Part shown: positions 23,774-32,415 of the stretch, in pieces
Numbering within the stretch: position 1 is the stretch's first letter
Layout of the letters: each line of letters begins with the position of its first letter
Origin: Actinomycetes bacterium
Lineage (GTDB): Bacteria > Actinomycetota > Actinomycetes > S36-B12
Reading direction: 5' to 3'
DNA: 64,000 nt
Assembly: GCA_965278965.1 (NCBI GenBank)
Contig: OZ257127.1
Coordinates: 2,221,368 to 2,285,367 of the forward strand
Notes under the pieces: model-generated
Seen by the model: only the letters and a program-made list of their open reading frames with translations
The model's database searches: none
Told to the model about the DNA's origin: nothing
Translations under genes and position numbers: made by a program

Positions 23774-26059
23774 GTGGTGAGACGAGCCCCGCGGGACGAC
23801 CCGGCCGACGCGATCCGGGTCGGGCCGCCGCCCGCGTCGGCGGCCGGCGTGCCTGCCCTCGTCCACGTCGCCGGCGAGGTCGTCGGCAAGCTCGGGGTCA
23901 CCCGCGGAGTGCGGACCGCCCTGCGTATCAACCAGCAGGACGGGTTCGACTGCCCCGGATGCGCGTGGCCCGATCCCGAGCACCGGCACGTCGCGGAGTT
24001 CTGCGAGAACGGGATGAAGGCCGTCGCCGAGGAGGCGATGGCGCGGGTAGCCGGCCCGGACTTCTTCGCCGAGCACGCCGTCGCCGACCTTGCGATGCGG
24101 TCCGACCACTGGCTCGGCCAGCAGGGCCGGCTCACTCAACCGATGGTCCTGGACGCCGGCGCGACGCACTACCGGCCGGTGACCTGGGACGAGGCGCTCG
24201 ACGTCGTCGCCGAGGAGCTGGCCGCGATGACGTCGCCCGACGAGGCCGTGTTCTACACCTCCGGCCGCACGAGCAACGAGGCCGCGTTCTGCTACCAGCT
24301 GCTGGTTCGGATGCTCGGCACGAACAACCTGCCGGACTGCTCGAACATGTGCCACGAGTCGTCCGGCGTTGCGCTCACCGAGTCGATCGGTGTCGGCAAG
24401 GGTTCGGTCCTGCTCGCGGACTTCGACGTGTGCGACCTCGTCGTCATCGTCGGGCAGAACCCCGGTACGAACCACCCGCGGATGCTCGCGACGCTGGAGT
24501 CCGCCAAGCGCCGCGGCGCCCGCATCGTGTCGATCAACCCGTTGCCCGAGGCGGGGCTGGTGGAGTTCCGCAACCCGCAGCGGGTCGGCACCTACGTCGG
24601 CCGTGGGACGCCGCTCGCGGACCGGTCGCTGCGGGTGCGGCTCGGCGGCGATCTCGCCCTCTTCCAGGCCGTCGGCCGGCTGCTCCTCGACGCCGAGGAC
24701 GCCGCACCCGGGACCGTCCTGGATCGCACGTTCCTCGACGCGCACACCTCCGGCTTCGGCGCCTACGCCGACCACCTGCGGTCCCTGGACTGGGATGCCG
24801 TCGTGGCCGCCACGGGACTGACGCGGGACGAGATCGCCGGGCTGGCCGACGACTTCCTGCAGGCGCGTCGGGTCATCGTGTGCTGGGCCATGGGGGTCAC
24901 GCAGCACCGCGATGCGGTGGCGACCATCCAGGAGTTCGTCAATGTCCTTCTGCTGCAGGGCAACATCGGCCGCCCGGGGGCCGGAGTGTGCCCGGTGCGC
25001 GGCCACTCGAACGTGCAGGGCGATCGCACCATGGGCATCTACGAGCAGATGGCCGACGACTGGCTCGACCGCCTCGGGGCGGAGTTCGGCTTCGAACCAC
25101 CCCGGCGTCCGGGGTACGACACGGTCGATGCGATCCGGGCGATGCGCGACGGGAACGTCCGCGTGTTCGTCGCGATGGGCGGCAACTGGATCCGAGCGAC
25201 GCCGGACAGCGCCGTGACCGAGGAGGCGATGCGCCGCTGTTCGCTGAGCGTCCACGTGTCGACCAAGCTGAACCGATCGCACGCCGTCACGGGCCGCCGG
25301 GCGCTCATCCTGCCGACGCTCGGCCGGACGGACCGCGACCGGACTGGCGGGCTCGCACAGATCGTCACGGTCGAGGACTCGATGGGTGTGGTCCACCGCT
25401 CGCAGGGCCGGCTCGCCCCCGCGTCGGAGCACCTGCGCAGCGAGGTCGACATCGTCTGCGCCCTCGGCACGCGCGTGCTCGGCGACGACCTCGTGGACTG
25501 GTCGGCGCTCGCCGCCGACTACTCCCGCATCCGCGACCGCATCTCGCGCGTCGTCCCCGGCCACGAGGACTACGACCGTCGGGTGCGCCAGCCGAACGGT
25601 TTCACGCTGCCGCACGGACCCCGCGACGAGAGGCGGTTCGACACCGCGACCGGTCGTGCGCAGTTCACCGTCAGTGCAATGCGTGCGCTGGTGGTCCCGT
25701 CCGGATGCCTTCTGCTGCAGACGATCCGCAGCCACGACCAGTTCAACACCACGGTCTACGGGCTCGACGACCGGTACCGCGGGATCCGCGGTGGGCGTCG
25801 CGTCGTGTTCGTGCACCCCGACGACATCGCGGCGCTCGGTCTGGTCGACGGTGACGTGGTCGACCTCGTGAGCCTCTGGGCCGACGGCGAGCGGCGGGCA
25901 CCGGCGTTCCGCGTCGTCGCGTATGACACGGCGAGGGGCTGTGCGGCTGCGTACTTCCCGGAGACCAACGTGCTGGTCCCGCTCGACAGCGTCGCCGAGC
26001 GCAGCAACACCCCGACGTCGAAGGCGATCGTCGTCCGCCTGGAGCCGGTCGGCCCCTAG
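23774..26059 (+). CDS. FdhF/YdeP family molybdopterin oxidoreductase
   Basis: GFDCPGCAWPDP, FCENGMKA, YTSGRTSNEAAF, NNLPDCSNMCHESSG, RGHSNVQGDRTMG, RSHDQFNTTVY. Confidence 0.92.
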   Translation: MVRRAPRDDPADAIRVGPPPASAAGVPALVHVAGEVVGKLGVTRGVRTALRINQQDGFDCPGCAWPDPEHRHVAEFCENGMKAVAEEAMARVAGPDFFAEHAVADLAMRSDHWLGQQGRLTQPMVLDAGATHYRPVTWDEALDVVAEELAAMTSPDEAVFYTSGRTSNEAAFCYQLLVRMLGTNNLPDCSNMCHESSGVALTESIGVGKGSVLLADFDVCDLVVIVGQNPGTNHPRMLATLESAKRRGARIVSINPLPEAGLVEFRNPQRVGTYVGRGTPLADRSLRVRLGGDLALFQAVGRLLLDAEDAAPGTVLDRTFLDAHTSGFGAYADHLRSLDWDAVVAATGLTRDEIAGLADDFLQARRVIVCWAMGVTQHRDAVATIQEFVNVLLLQGNIGRPGAGVCPVRGHSNVQGDRTMGIYEQMADDWLDRLGAEFGFEPPRRPGYDTVDAIRAMRDGNVRVFVAMGGNWIRATPDSAVTEEAMRRCSLSVHVSTKLNRSHAVTGRRALILPTLGRTDRDRTGGLAQIVTVEDSMGVVHRSQGRLAPASEHLRSEVDIVCALGTRVLGDDLVDWSALAADYSRIRDRISRVVPGHEDYDRRVRQPNGFTLPHGPRDERRFDTATGRAQFTVSAMRALVVPSGCLLLQTIRSHDQFNTTVYGLDDRYRGIRGGRRVVFVHPDDIAALGLVDGDVVDLVSLWADGERRAPAFRVVAYDTARGCAAAYFPETNVLVPLDSVAERSNTPTSKAIVVRLEPVGP

Positions 26060-26076
26060 GCCGGCGGCGGAGGACC

Positions 26077-26142
26077 GGGACTGGCGGGCGACTGAGGCCC
26101 GATTCGCCCCGCCAGTTGTCCGCCCGTCCCGCAAAGCGGGAC
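26077..26142. repeat. Hairpin pair after YdeP, related to the 19405 element
   Basis: actggcgggcga/tcgccccgccagt stem followed by gtcccgcaaagcgggac (26126-26142), which is 16/17 identical to the reverse complement of 19405-19421. Confidence 0.6.
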
Positions 26143-26165
26143 AAACGGAGGGGAGGGTGTGGCGG

Positions 26166-26227
26166 AACACGTCGCCGAAACCGGGGTGTAACGACGGGAA
26201 ACCACGCCATTCATACGAATCGGTAAC
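26166..26227 (+). promoter_or_regulatory. GlnR-box-like repeats upstream of the polyamine ABC operon
   Basis: GAAAC (26177), GTAAC (26188), GAAAC (26198), GTAAC (26223). The first three are spaced 10-11 nt, similar to the GTnAC-n6-GAAAC consensus. Confidence 0.45.
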
Positions 26228-26332
26228 GATCATCGTCGGCACAGCCGCCGACGGCTGCGGAATCCGCCGTCCGGCGCTACTGTGCCGCGATCGTCTCGGG
26301 GACGGTGTGTGGCGAGGAGGTGAGCCGTCGGC

Positions 26333-27358
26333 ATGGTCGACTCTGCGATCCGGCTGCGGGGACTGACGCGCTCCTTCGGCGACGTCCAGGCCGTCGCGGG
26401 GGTCGACCTCGACGTCGTCGACGGTGAGTTCCTCACGCTCCTCGGGCCGTCGGGCTCGGGCAAGACGACGGTGCTGCGGATGATCGCCGGCTTCGAGCGG
26501 CCGGACGCGGGGACCATCGAGCTGGCCGGCGTCGACGTCACCCGCACCCCGCCGTTCAACCGGGACGTCAACACCGTGTTCCAGGACTACGCGCTGTTCC
26601 CGCACATGAGCGTCCGCAAGAACGTCGAGTACGGGCTGCGGGTCAAGAAGGTGCCGTCCGCCGAGCGGTCGGCGCGCGCGACGGAGGCCCTCGAGGCCGT
26701 ACGGCTGACCGGGTACGGCGACCGGACGCCATCCCAGCTCTCCGGCGGCCAGCGCCAGCGGGTGGCCCTTGCCCGTGCGCTCGTCAACCGGCCCAAGGTG
26801 CTGCTGCTCGACGAGCCGCTCGGCGCCCTCGACCTGAAGCTGCGCGAGCAGATGCAGGTCGAGCTCAAGGCGATCCAGCGCGACGTCGGCATCACGTTCG
26901 TCTTCGTCACCCACGACCAGGACGAGGCGCTGACGATGTCGGACCGCATTGCGGTGTTCAACGAGGGCCGCATCGCGCAGCTCGGGACGCCGACGGAGGT
27001 CTACGAGCACCCCGCGAGCACCTTCGTGGCCGGCTTCGTCGGCACCTCGAACCTGCTGCACGACGACGTCGCGAGAACGGTGGTCGGCCAGGAGGGGACC
27101 TGGTCGATCCGCCCGGAGAAGATCCGGGTGCTGGTCGGCGACGACCCCGCCCCGCCTGGGGCGCGGGTCGTCGAGGGCACCGTCCGGGAGGTTGTCTACG
27201 TCGGCATGTCGACGCGGTTCGTCGTCGACCTGCCCGGCGGCGACACCCTCGCAGCGGTGCGTCAGAACGCCGAGGACGTCTATGCCGGGGGGAGCCTGCG
27301 CGGGTCGCAGGTGCGCCTCGCGTGGGATCCGCGGTTCGAGTACCGGGTCGCCGACTAG
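26333..27358 (+). CDS. ABC transporter ATP-binding protein (PotA family)
   Basis: GPSGSGKTT, LSGGQRQR, LLLDEP, FVTHDQDEA. Confidence 0.93.
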   Translation: MVDSAIRLRGLTRSFGDVQAVAGVDLDVVDGEFLTLLGPSGSGKTTVLRMIAGFERPDAGTIELAGVDVTRTPPFNRDVNTVFQDYALFPHMSVRKNVEYGLRVKKVPSAERSARATEALEAVRLTGYGDRTPSQLSGGQRQRVALARALVNRPKVLLLDEPLGALDLKLREQMQVELKAIQRDVGITFVFVTHDQDEALTMSDRIAVFNEGRIAQLGTPTEVYEHPASTFVAGFVGTSNLLHDDVARTVVGQEGTWSIRPEKIRVLVGDDPAPPGARVVEGTVREVVYVGMSTRFVVDLPGGDTLAAVRQNAEDVYAGGSLRGSQVRLAWDPRFEYRVAD

Positions 27359-27374
27359 CGACCCGCCGGCTCCG

Positions 27375-27400
27375 GGCGACCGCCCGGGGCGTCGCCTTTT
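27375..27400 (+). terminator. Intercistronic hairpin with T4 tail before the SBP ribosome-binding site
   Basis: ggcgac...gtcgcc-tttt followed by caggaggagg. Confidence 0.35.
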
Positions 27401-27416
27401 CAGGAGGAGGTGGCAG

Positions 27417-28661
27417 ATGCCCACCACGCGTCTGCTGAAGACCGCAGCGGCTTGTTCGGTTGCTGCACTCGCGCTGGCTGCATGCAGCAGCTCCAGCGAT
27501 TCTGCGTCGTCATCGGCCGCTGAGGGGTCGGCCGCGGGCAGCGCCCCGGCTGCCAGCGCGGCGCCGGCGCCCGGCGGAGACGCCTACGCCGGACCTGTCG
27601 GGGACGGCGAGGGGCAGGTCAACATCCTGGCCTGGCCCGGCTACGTCGAGGACGGCTCGACCGACCCGAACGTCGACTGGGTGACCCCGTTCGAGCAGGC
27701 CACCGGCTGCCAGGTGAACCTCAAGACGTTCGGCACGTCCGACGAGGCCGTCAAGCTGATGCAGGGCGGCGGCTGGGACGTCGTCTCGGCGTCCGGTGAC
27801 GCGACGCTGCGCCTGATCTACGGCGACAACGTCCAGCCGGTCAACACCGACCTCGTGCCGAACTACGCCGACATCTTCGCCGACCTGAAGATGCAGAAGT
27901 TCAACAGCGTCAACGGTGTCGCGTACGGCATCCCGCACGGGCGTGGCGCGAACCTCATCATGTGGAACACCGACAAGGTGACCGGGCCGATCGACTCGTG
28001 GGCGCCGACCTTCGAGGCCGACTCCCCGTACGCGGGTGCTGTTACCGCGTACGACTCCCCGATCTTCATCGCCGACGCCGCCGTGTACCTCATGGCGACG
28101 CAGCCCGACCTCGGCATCACGGACCCGTACGCGCTCGACCAGACGCAGTTCCAGGCCGCGATGGACCTGCTGACGCAGCAGAAGGCACTGATCGGCGAGT
28201 ACTGGAGCGACTACACGAAGGCGATCCAGGCCTTCAACTCCGGCACGACCGCGATCGGCACGTCGTGGCAGGTCATCGCCAACCTGGCGCAGGCCGAGGG
28301 CGGCAAGGTCGAGGCGACGAAGGCCAAGGAAGGGGCGACGGGCTGGTCGGACACCTGGATGGTGGCCAAGGACACCCCGAACATCAACTGCTCCTACAAG
28401 TGGCTGGACTGGATCGTCTCGCCCGAGGCCAACGCGCAGGTCGCCGAGTGGTTCGGCGAGGCGCCGGCCAACGAGAAGTCGTGCGCCCTCACCGCGGACA
28501 AGAACCACTGCGCGACGTTCCACGCGGGCGAGACGGACTACTGGACCGACGTCTACTACTGGAACACGCCGACGGCCAACTGCCTTGACGGTCGCACGGA
28601 CGTGCAGTGCGTGCCCTACAGCGAGTGGGCGACGGCGTGGGCTGCCCTTCGCAGCTCCTGA
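27417..28661 (+). CDS. Polyamine-type ABC substrate-binding lipoprotein (PotD/YdcS-like)
   Basis: Lipobox LALAAC, LAWPGYVE, DVVSASGDA, EGATGWSDTW. AGGAGG RBS; start moved to ATG 27417. Confidence 0.88.
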   Translation: MPTTRLLKTAAACSVAALALAACSSSSDSASSSAAEGSAAGSAPAASAAPAPGGDAYAGPVGDGEGQVNILAWPGYVEDGSTDPNVDWVTPFEQATGCQVNLKTFGTSDEAVKLMQGGGWDVVSASGDATLRLIYGDNVQPVNTDLVPNYADIFADLKMQKFNSVNGVAYGIPHGRGANLIMWNTDKVTGPIDSWAPTFEADSPYAGAVTAYDSPIFIADAAVYLMATQPDLGITDPYALDQTQFQAAMDLLTQQKALIGEYWSDYTKAIQAFNSGTTAIGTSWQVIANLAQAEGGKVEATKAKEGATGWSDTWMVAKDTPNINCSYKWLDWIVSPEANAQVAEWFGEAPANEKSCALTADKNHCATFHAGETDYWTDVYYWNTPTANCLDGRTDVQCVPYSEWATAWAALRSS

Positions 28662-28685
28662 CCGGTTGATCGGCGAGGGACCTCG

Positions 28686-29558
28686 GTGACGACGACGGCG
28701 AGCCCGCCTCGGGGCGGCTTCGGCTACCGGCATCCGCGTGCGCGGCTGGCCGGCCTGCTGGCCGCCCCCATGGCGTGGCTCGTCGTCGTCTACCTGGGGT
28801 CCCTCGCCGCGCTGTTCCTCACGGCGTTCTGGACGGTCGACGACTTCACCGGGCAGATCGTTCGTACCTTCACGCTGAAGAACTTCCAGCAGGTCCTCAC
28901 GACGCCGGCCTACCTGCAGACTGTTCTTCGGACCATCAGCATCGCCCTGCTCGTGACGCTGGTGTGCCTGGTGATCGCGATGCCGCTGGCCTTCTTCATG
29001 GCGCGGGTCGCACGGCCGTCCTGGCGGCCGCTGCTCGTCGCGATGATCTTGACCCCGCTCTGGGCGTCGTACCTCGTGAAGGTCTACGCATGGCGGGCCA
29101 TGCTCCAGCCGGAGACGGGCGTGCTGGCCTGGTTCCTGGACCCGCTCGGCCTGTCGAGCCCGGGCTACGGGTTCGTCGGCATCGTCATCACGCTGTCGTA
29201 CCTGTGGCTGCCGTACATGGTCCTGCCGATCTATGCCGGCCTGACCCGGCTGCCGGACTCCCTGCTCGACGCATCCGCTGACCTCGGCGCACGCAACGGC
29301 CGGACGTTTCGCTGCGTCGTCATGCCGATGGTCTTCCCCTCGATCGTCGCGGGGTCGATCTTCACGTTCTCGCTCAGCCTTGGTGACTACATCACCGCGC
29401 AGATCGTCGGCGGCAAGGTGACGATGCTCGGGAACGTCGTCCAGACGACCTACGTCACCAACCTGCCGTTCGCGGCGGCCGTCGCCACGCTTCCGGTCGT
29501 CATCGTGCTGGCCTATCTCCTGGTCGTCCGCCGTTCCGGTGCGCTGGACAGCCTGTAG
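28686..29558 (+). CDS. ABC permease (PotB-like)
   Basis: LTPLWASYLVKVYAW, LLDASADLGA EAA loop. Confidence 0.9.
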   Translation: MTTTASPPRGGFGYRHPRARLAGLLAAPMAWLVVVYLGSLAALFLTAFWTVDDFTGQIVRTFTLKNFQQVLTTPAYLQTVLRTISIALLVTLVCLVIAMPLAFFMARVARPSWRPLLVAMILTPLWASYLVKVYAWRAMLQPETGVLAWFLDPLGLSSPGYGFVGIVITLSYLWLPYMVLPIYAGLTRLPDSLLDASADLGARNGRTFRCVVMPMVFPSIVAGSIFTFSLSLGDYITAQIVGGKVTMLGNVVQTTYVTNLPFAAAVATLPVVIVLAYLLVVRRSGALDSL

Positions 29559-29562
29559 GCCG

Positions 29563-30369
29563 ATGACTCTCTCCCGCGGCACGAAAGCCGTCCTCACCGT
29601 CCTGGCGCTCATCGGGTTCGCGTTCGTCTACGTGCCGCTCGGCGTCATCCTGATCAACTCGTTCAGCACCGACAAGTCGTTGACCTGGCCGCCGTCGGGC
29701 TTCACGACCGAGTGGTGGGGCAAGGCGCTCGACAGCGAGGGCGTGCGGGACGCGCTCGTCACGTCGATCGGGGTGGCCTGCGCAGCGACGTTGGTCGCGC
29801 TCGTGCTCGGCACTCTCGTCTCGTTCGCCCTCGGTCGCTATCGCTTCTTCGGGCGGGAGCCGCTGTCGCTGCTGGTGATCTTGCCGATCGCGCTGCCGGG
29901 CATCGTCACGGGCATCGCGCTGAACAACGTCTTCACGACGTTCCTGGGCGGGCTGACGATCTGGACGCTCATCATCGGCCACGCGACCTTCTGCATCGTC
30001 GTCATCTACAACAACTCGATCGCCCGGCTGCGCCGCATGGGCGGCAGTGTCGAGGAGGCGTCGGCCGACCTGGGCGCGAACGGCTGGCGGACCTTCGTGT
30101 TCGTGACATTCCCGCTCATGCGATCGGCGCTGGTCGCCGGTGCGATCCTCGCATTCGGGCTCTCGTTCGACGAGATCATCGTGACGACGTTCACCGCGGG
30201 CCCGGGCATCACGACGTTGCCGATCTGGATCTACCAGAACCTCTTCCGGCCGAACCAGGCGCCGATCGTCAACGTCGTCGCAGCGGCGCTCGTCATCATC
30301 AGCATCATCCCCGTGTACATCGCCCAGAAGCTCTCGAACGCCGACGAGCGCGGCGGCGGGCTGATGTAG
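29563..30369 (+). CDS. ABC permease (PotC-like)
   Basis: GFTTEWW, LPGIVTG, EEASADLGA, SFDEIIVTTF. Start moved to ATG 29563. Confidence 0.9.
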   Translation: MTLSRGTKAVLTVLALIGFAFVYVPLGVILINSFSTDKSLTWPPSGFTTEWWGKALDSEGVRDALVTSIGVACAATLVALVLGTLVSFALGRYRFFGREPLSLLVILPIALPGIVTGIALNNVFTTFLGGLTIWTLIIGHATFCIVVIYNNSIARLRRMGGSVEEASADLGANGWRTFVFVTFPLMRSALVAGAILAFGLSFDEIIVTTFTAGPGITTLPIWIYQNLFRPNQAPIVNVVAAALVIISIIPVYIAQKLSNADERGGGLM

Positions 30370-30382
30370 CGCGCTCGGCCTG

Positions 30383-30844
30383 TCAGGCGGACGCGACGAC
30401 GTCGCCGTGCGCGACGTCGTGGCCGGCCGCACAGGTGAGGTCGCTGTGCACGAGGGCGCCGCAGCCCTCGTGCGTGAACGTCGACCCGCGCCGCGGCAGG
30501 TGGGTCTGACCCCAGGCGCCGAGCGAGACGAGCACGGGGACGAGCTCCTGGCCTGCGGGGGTCAGCGCGTAGGCCTGCCGCGTGCGCTGACCCTCCTCCT
30601 GATACGGCTCGGTCCGGAGCACGCCTGCGGCGACCAGGTCACGCAGCCGACCGGCGACGACGGCCTCGGTCAGGCCGCTGCGGCGGACGAAGTCGTCGAA
30701 CCGCTGGGTGCCGTACGCGGCCTCGCGCAGCAGGACGACCGCCGACCGGGTCCCGACCAGGGCGAATGCGCGCTCGATCGCGCAGGCCTCTCGTGCCGGG
30801 CCGCGGTCCGGCTTGGCGATCCGTCCGTCGGTATGCAGCTCCAC
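30383..30844 (-). CDS. HxlR-family winged-helix regulator
   Basis: CAIERAFALVGTRSAVVLLREA, YALTPAGQEL, C-terminal HEGCG...CAAGH. Confidence 0.85.
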   Translation of the reverse strand: MELHTDGRIAKPDRGPAREACAIERAFALVGTRSAVVLLREAAYGTQRFDDFVRRSGLTEAVVAGRLRDLVAAGVLRTEPYQEEGQRTRQAYALTPAGQELVPVLVSLGAWGQTHLPRRGSTFTHEGCGALVHSDLTCAAGHDVAHGDVVASA

Positions 30845-30857
30845 GCCGTCACCCTAC

Positions 30858-30904
30858 CTGACTTGACAGAACCATAGCCAGGAGCCGAGGATCCCTGGCT
30901 ATGG
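30858..30904. promoter_or_regulatory. Divergent promoter/operator with a perfect 11-bp inverted repeat over the MFS start codon
   Basis: ccatagccagg (30872-82) / cctggctatgg (30894-904); TTGACA at 30863; ctgact...agccag near-palindrome. Confidence 0.5.
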
Positions 30905-32298
30905 AGAAGCAAAGTCAGAGCACCCGACTGGTCGTCGGCGTCGCGATCGGTGCCGCGTTCCTTGCCGGGCTCGATCTCTTCGTTGTCAACGTCGCCTTTG
31001 ACGCGATCGGGGCCGACCTCGGCGTCGGCTCGCCCGGCGGTCCAACCGGCGCCGACCTGTCGTGGATCCTCAGCGGCTACGCCGTCGTCTACGCGGCGCT
31101 CCTCGTCCCGTTCGGACGGATCGCCGACCGCTACGGGCGGCGCCGGATCTTCCTCGCCGGGCTCGTGGTCTTCCTCGTGGCGAGCGTTGCGTGCGCCGCC
31201 GCCTGGTCGGTCGGGGCGCTGGTCGCCTTCCGCATGGTGCAGGCCGCCGGCGCAGCAGCGATGACGCCGACCAGCCTGGCCATCCTGCTCACGGCGCTGC
31301 CCCCTGAGCGTCGGGCGGCGGGCGTGCGGCTGTGGGCGGCGACCGGTGCCGTGGCGGCGGCGATCGGGCCGACGGTCGGCGGCATCCTCACCCAGGCCGG
31401 CTGGCCGTGGGTGTTCCTCATCAACGTGCCGGTGGGCGCGCTGATCGTCGTGGTCGCGGCTCGGGTCGTTCCCGCAGCCGAGCGGAGCGAGGACGGTCCG
31501 ATGCCCGACCTCGTCGGCGCGGGCCTCGTCGCGGTGTCCGTGGGGCTGCTGTCGCTCGGCCTCGTCAAGACGCCGGAGTGGGGATGGACCTCGCCCGCCA
31601 CGATCGCCTGCCTCGTCGGCGCCGTCGTCGCGGCGGGCGCGTTCTGGCGACGGTCCGGTCGCCATCCCGCGCCCGTGCTCGACCGGGCCTTGCTCCGTGT
31701 GCCCACGTTCCGGTGGGCCGTCGGCGCCATGGTGCTGTTCAACACGGCGTTCGCCGTCTCGCTGCTCACCGGGATCCTCTGGCTGCAGCAGGTCTGGGGC
31801 TGGTCGGCGATGGAGACCGGCTTCGCCATCGCCGTCGGGCCCGTGCTGGTGCCGATCACGGCGGCGGTCGTCAACCGCTGGTACGCGGGCGTCGGCGTGG
31901 GCACGCTGATCTCGCTCGGGTGCCTGCTGTGCGCCGCGGGCATGGCGTTCCTCGCGATCCGGCTCGGGCCGGACCCGGCATACGCGGCGGACTTCCTGCC
32001 CGGCTGGGCGCTGGTCGGCATCGGTGTCGGACTGGCGCTGCCCAGTCTCATGGCGGGTGCGACGGTCGACCTTCCGGCGCAGGACCGTGCCACCGGAAGC
32101 GGGGTCATCACGATGGCACGCCAGATCGGGTTCGTCGTCGGCGTCAGCCTGCTGTTCGCGGTCGTCGGCGACCGGTCCGGTGCGGCGCTCTCGTCGGCGT
32201 TCGCGGAGGCGTGGTGGATCGCCGCCGTGATCAGTCTCGGCGGAGCGCTCGCATCGCTCCGTATGCGTGCTCCGGTTCGGGTCGCGGTCGCTGCTTGA
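30901..32298 (+). CDS. MFS drug:H+ antiporter (DHA2, 14-TM)
   Basis: LAGLDLFVVNVA, FGRIADRYGRRR, GPTVGGIL, WVFLINVPVG. Confidence 0.9.
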   Translation: MEKQSQSTRLVVGVAIGAAFLAGLDLFVVNVAFDAIGADLGVGSPGGPTGADLSWILSGYAVVYAALLVPFGRIADRYGRRRIFLAGLVVFLVASVACAAAWSVGALVAFRMVQAAGAAAMTPTSLAILLTALPPERRAAGVRLWAATGAVAAAIGPTVGGILTQAGWPWVFLINVPVGALIVVVAARVVPAAERSEDGPMPDLVGAGLVAVSVGLLSLGLVKTPEWGWTSPATIACLVGAVVAAGAFWRRSGRHPAPVLDRALLRVPTFRWAVGAMVLFNTAFAVSLLTGILWLQQVWGWSAMETGFAIAVGPVLVPITAAVVNRWYAGVGVGTLISLGCLLCAAGMAFLAIRLGPDPAYAADFLPGWALVGIGVGLALPSLMAGATVDLPAQDRATGSGVITMARQIGFVVGVSLLFAVVGDRSGAALSSAFAEAWWIAAVISLGGALASLRMRAPVRVAVAA

Positions 32299-32415
32299 TG
32301 CGGTCGACGACAGCTGGCGCGCGTTCGGGTCTGGTTCCCCGGTGCTCGCTGTGGGAGCCTGGCTGGCACCGCGTCGTCGGCAGGGGGGACGCGGACGAGT
32401 CGGAGTCGTGGCCGC

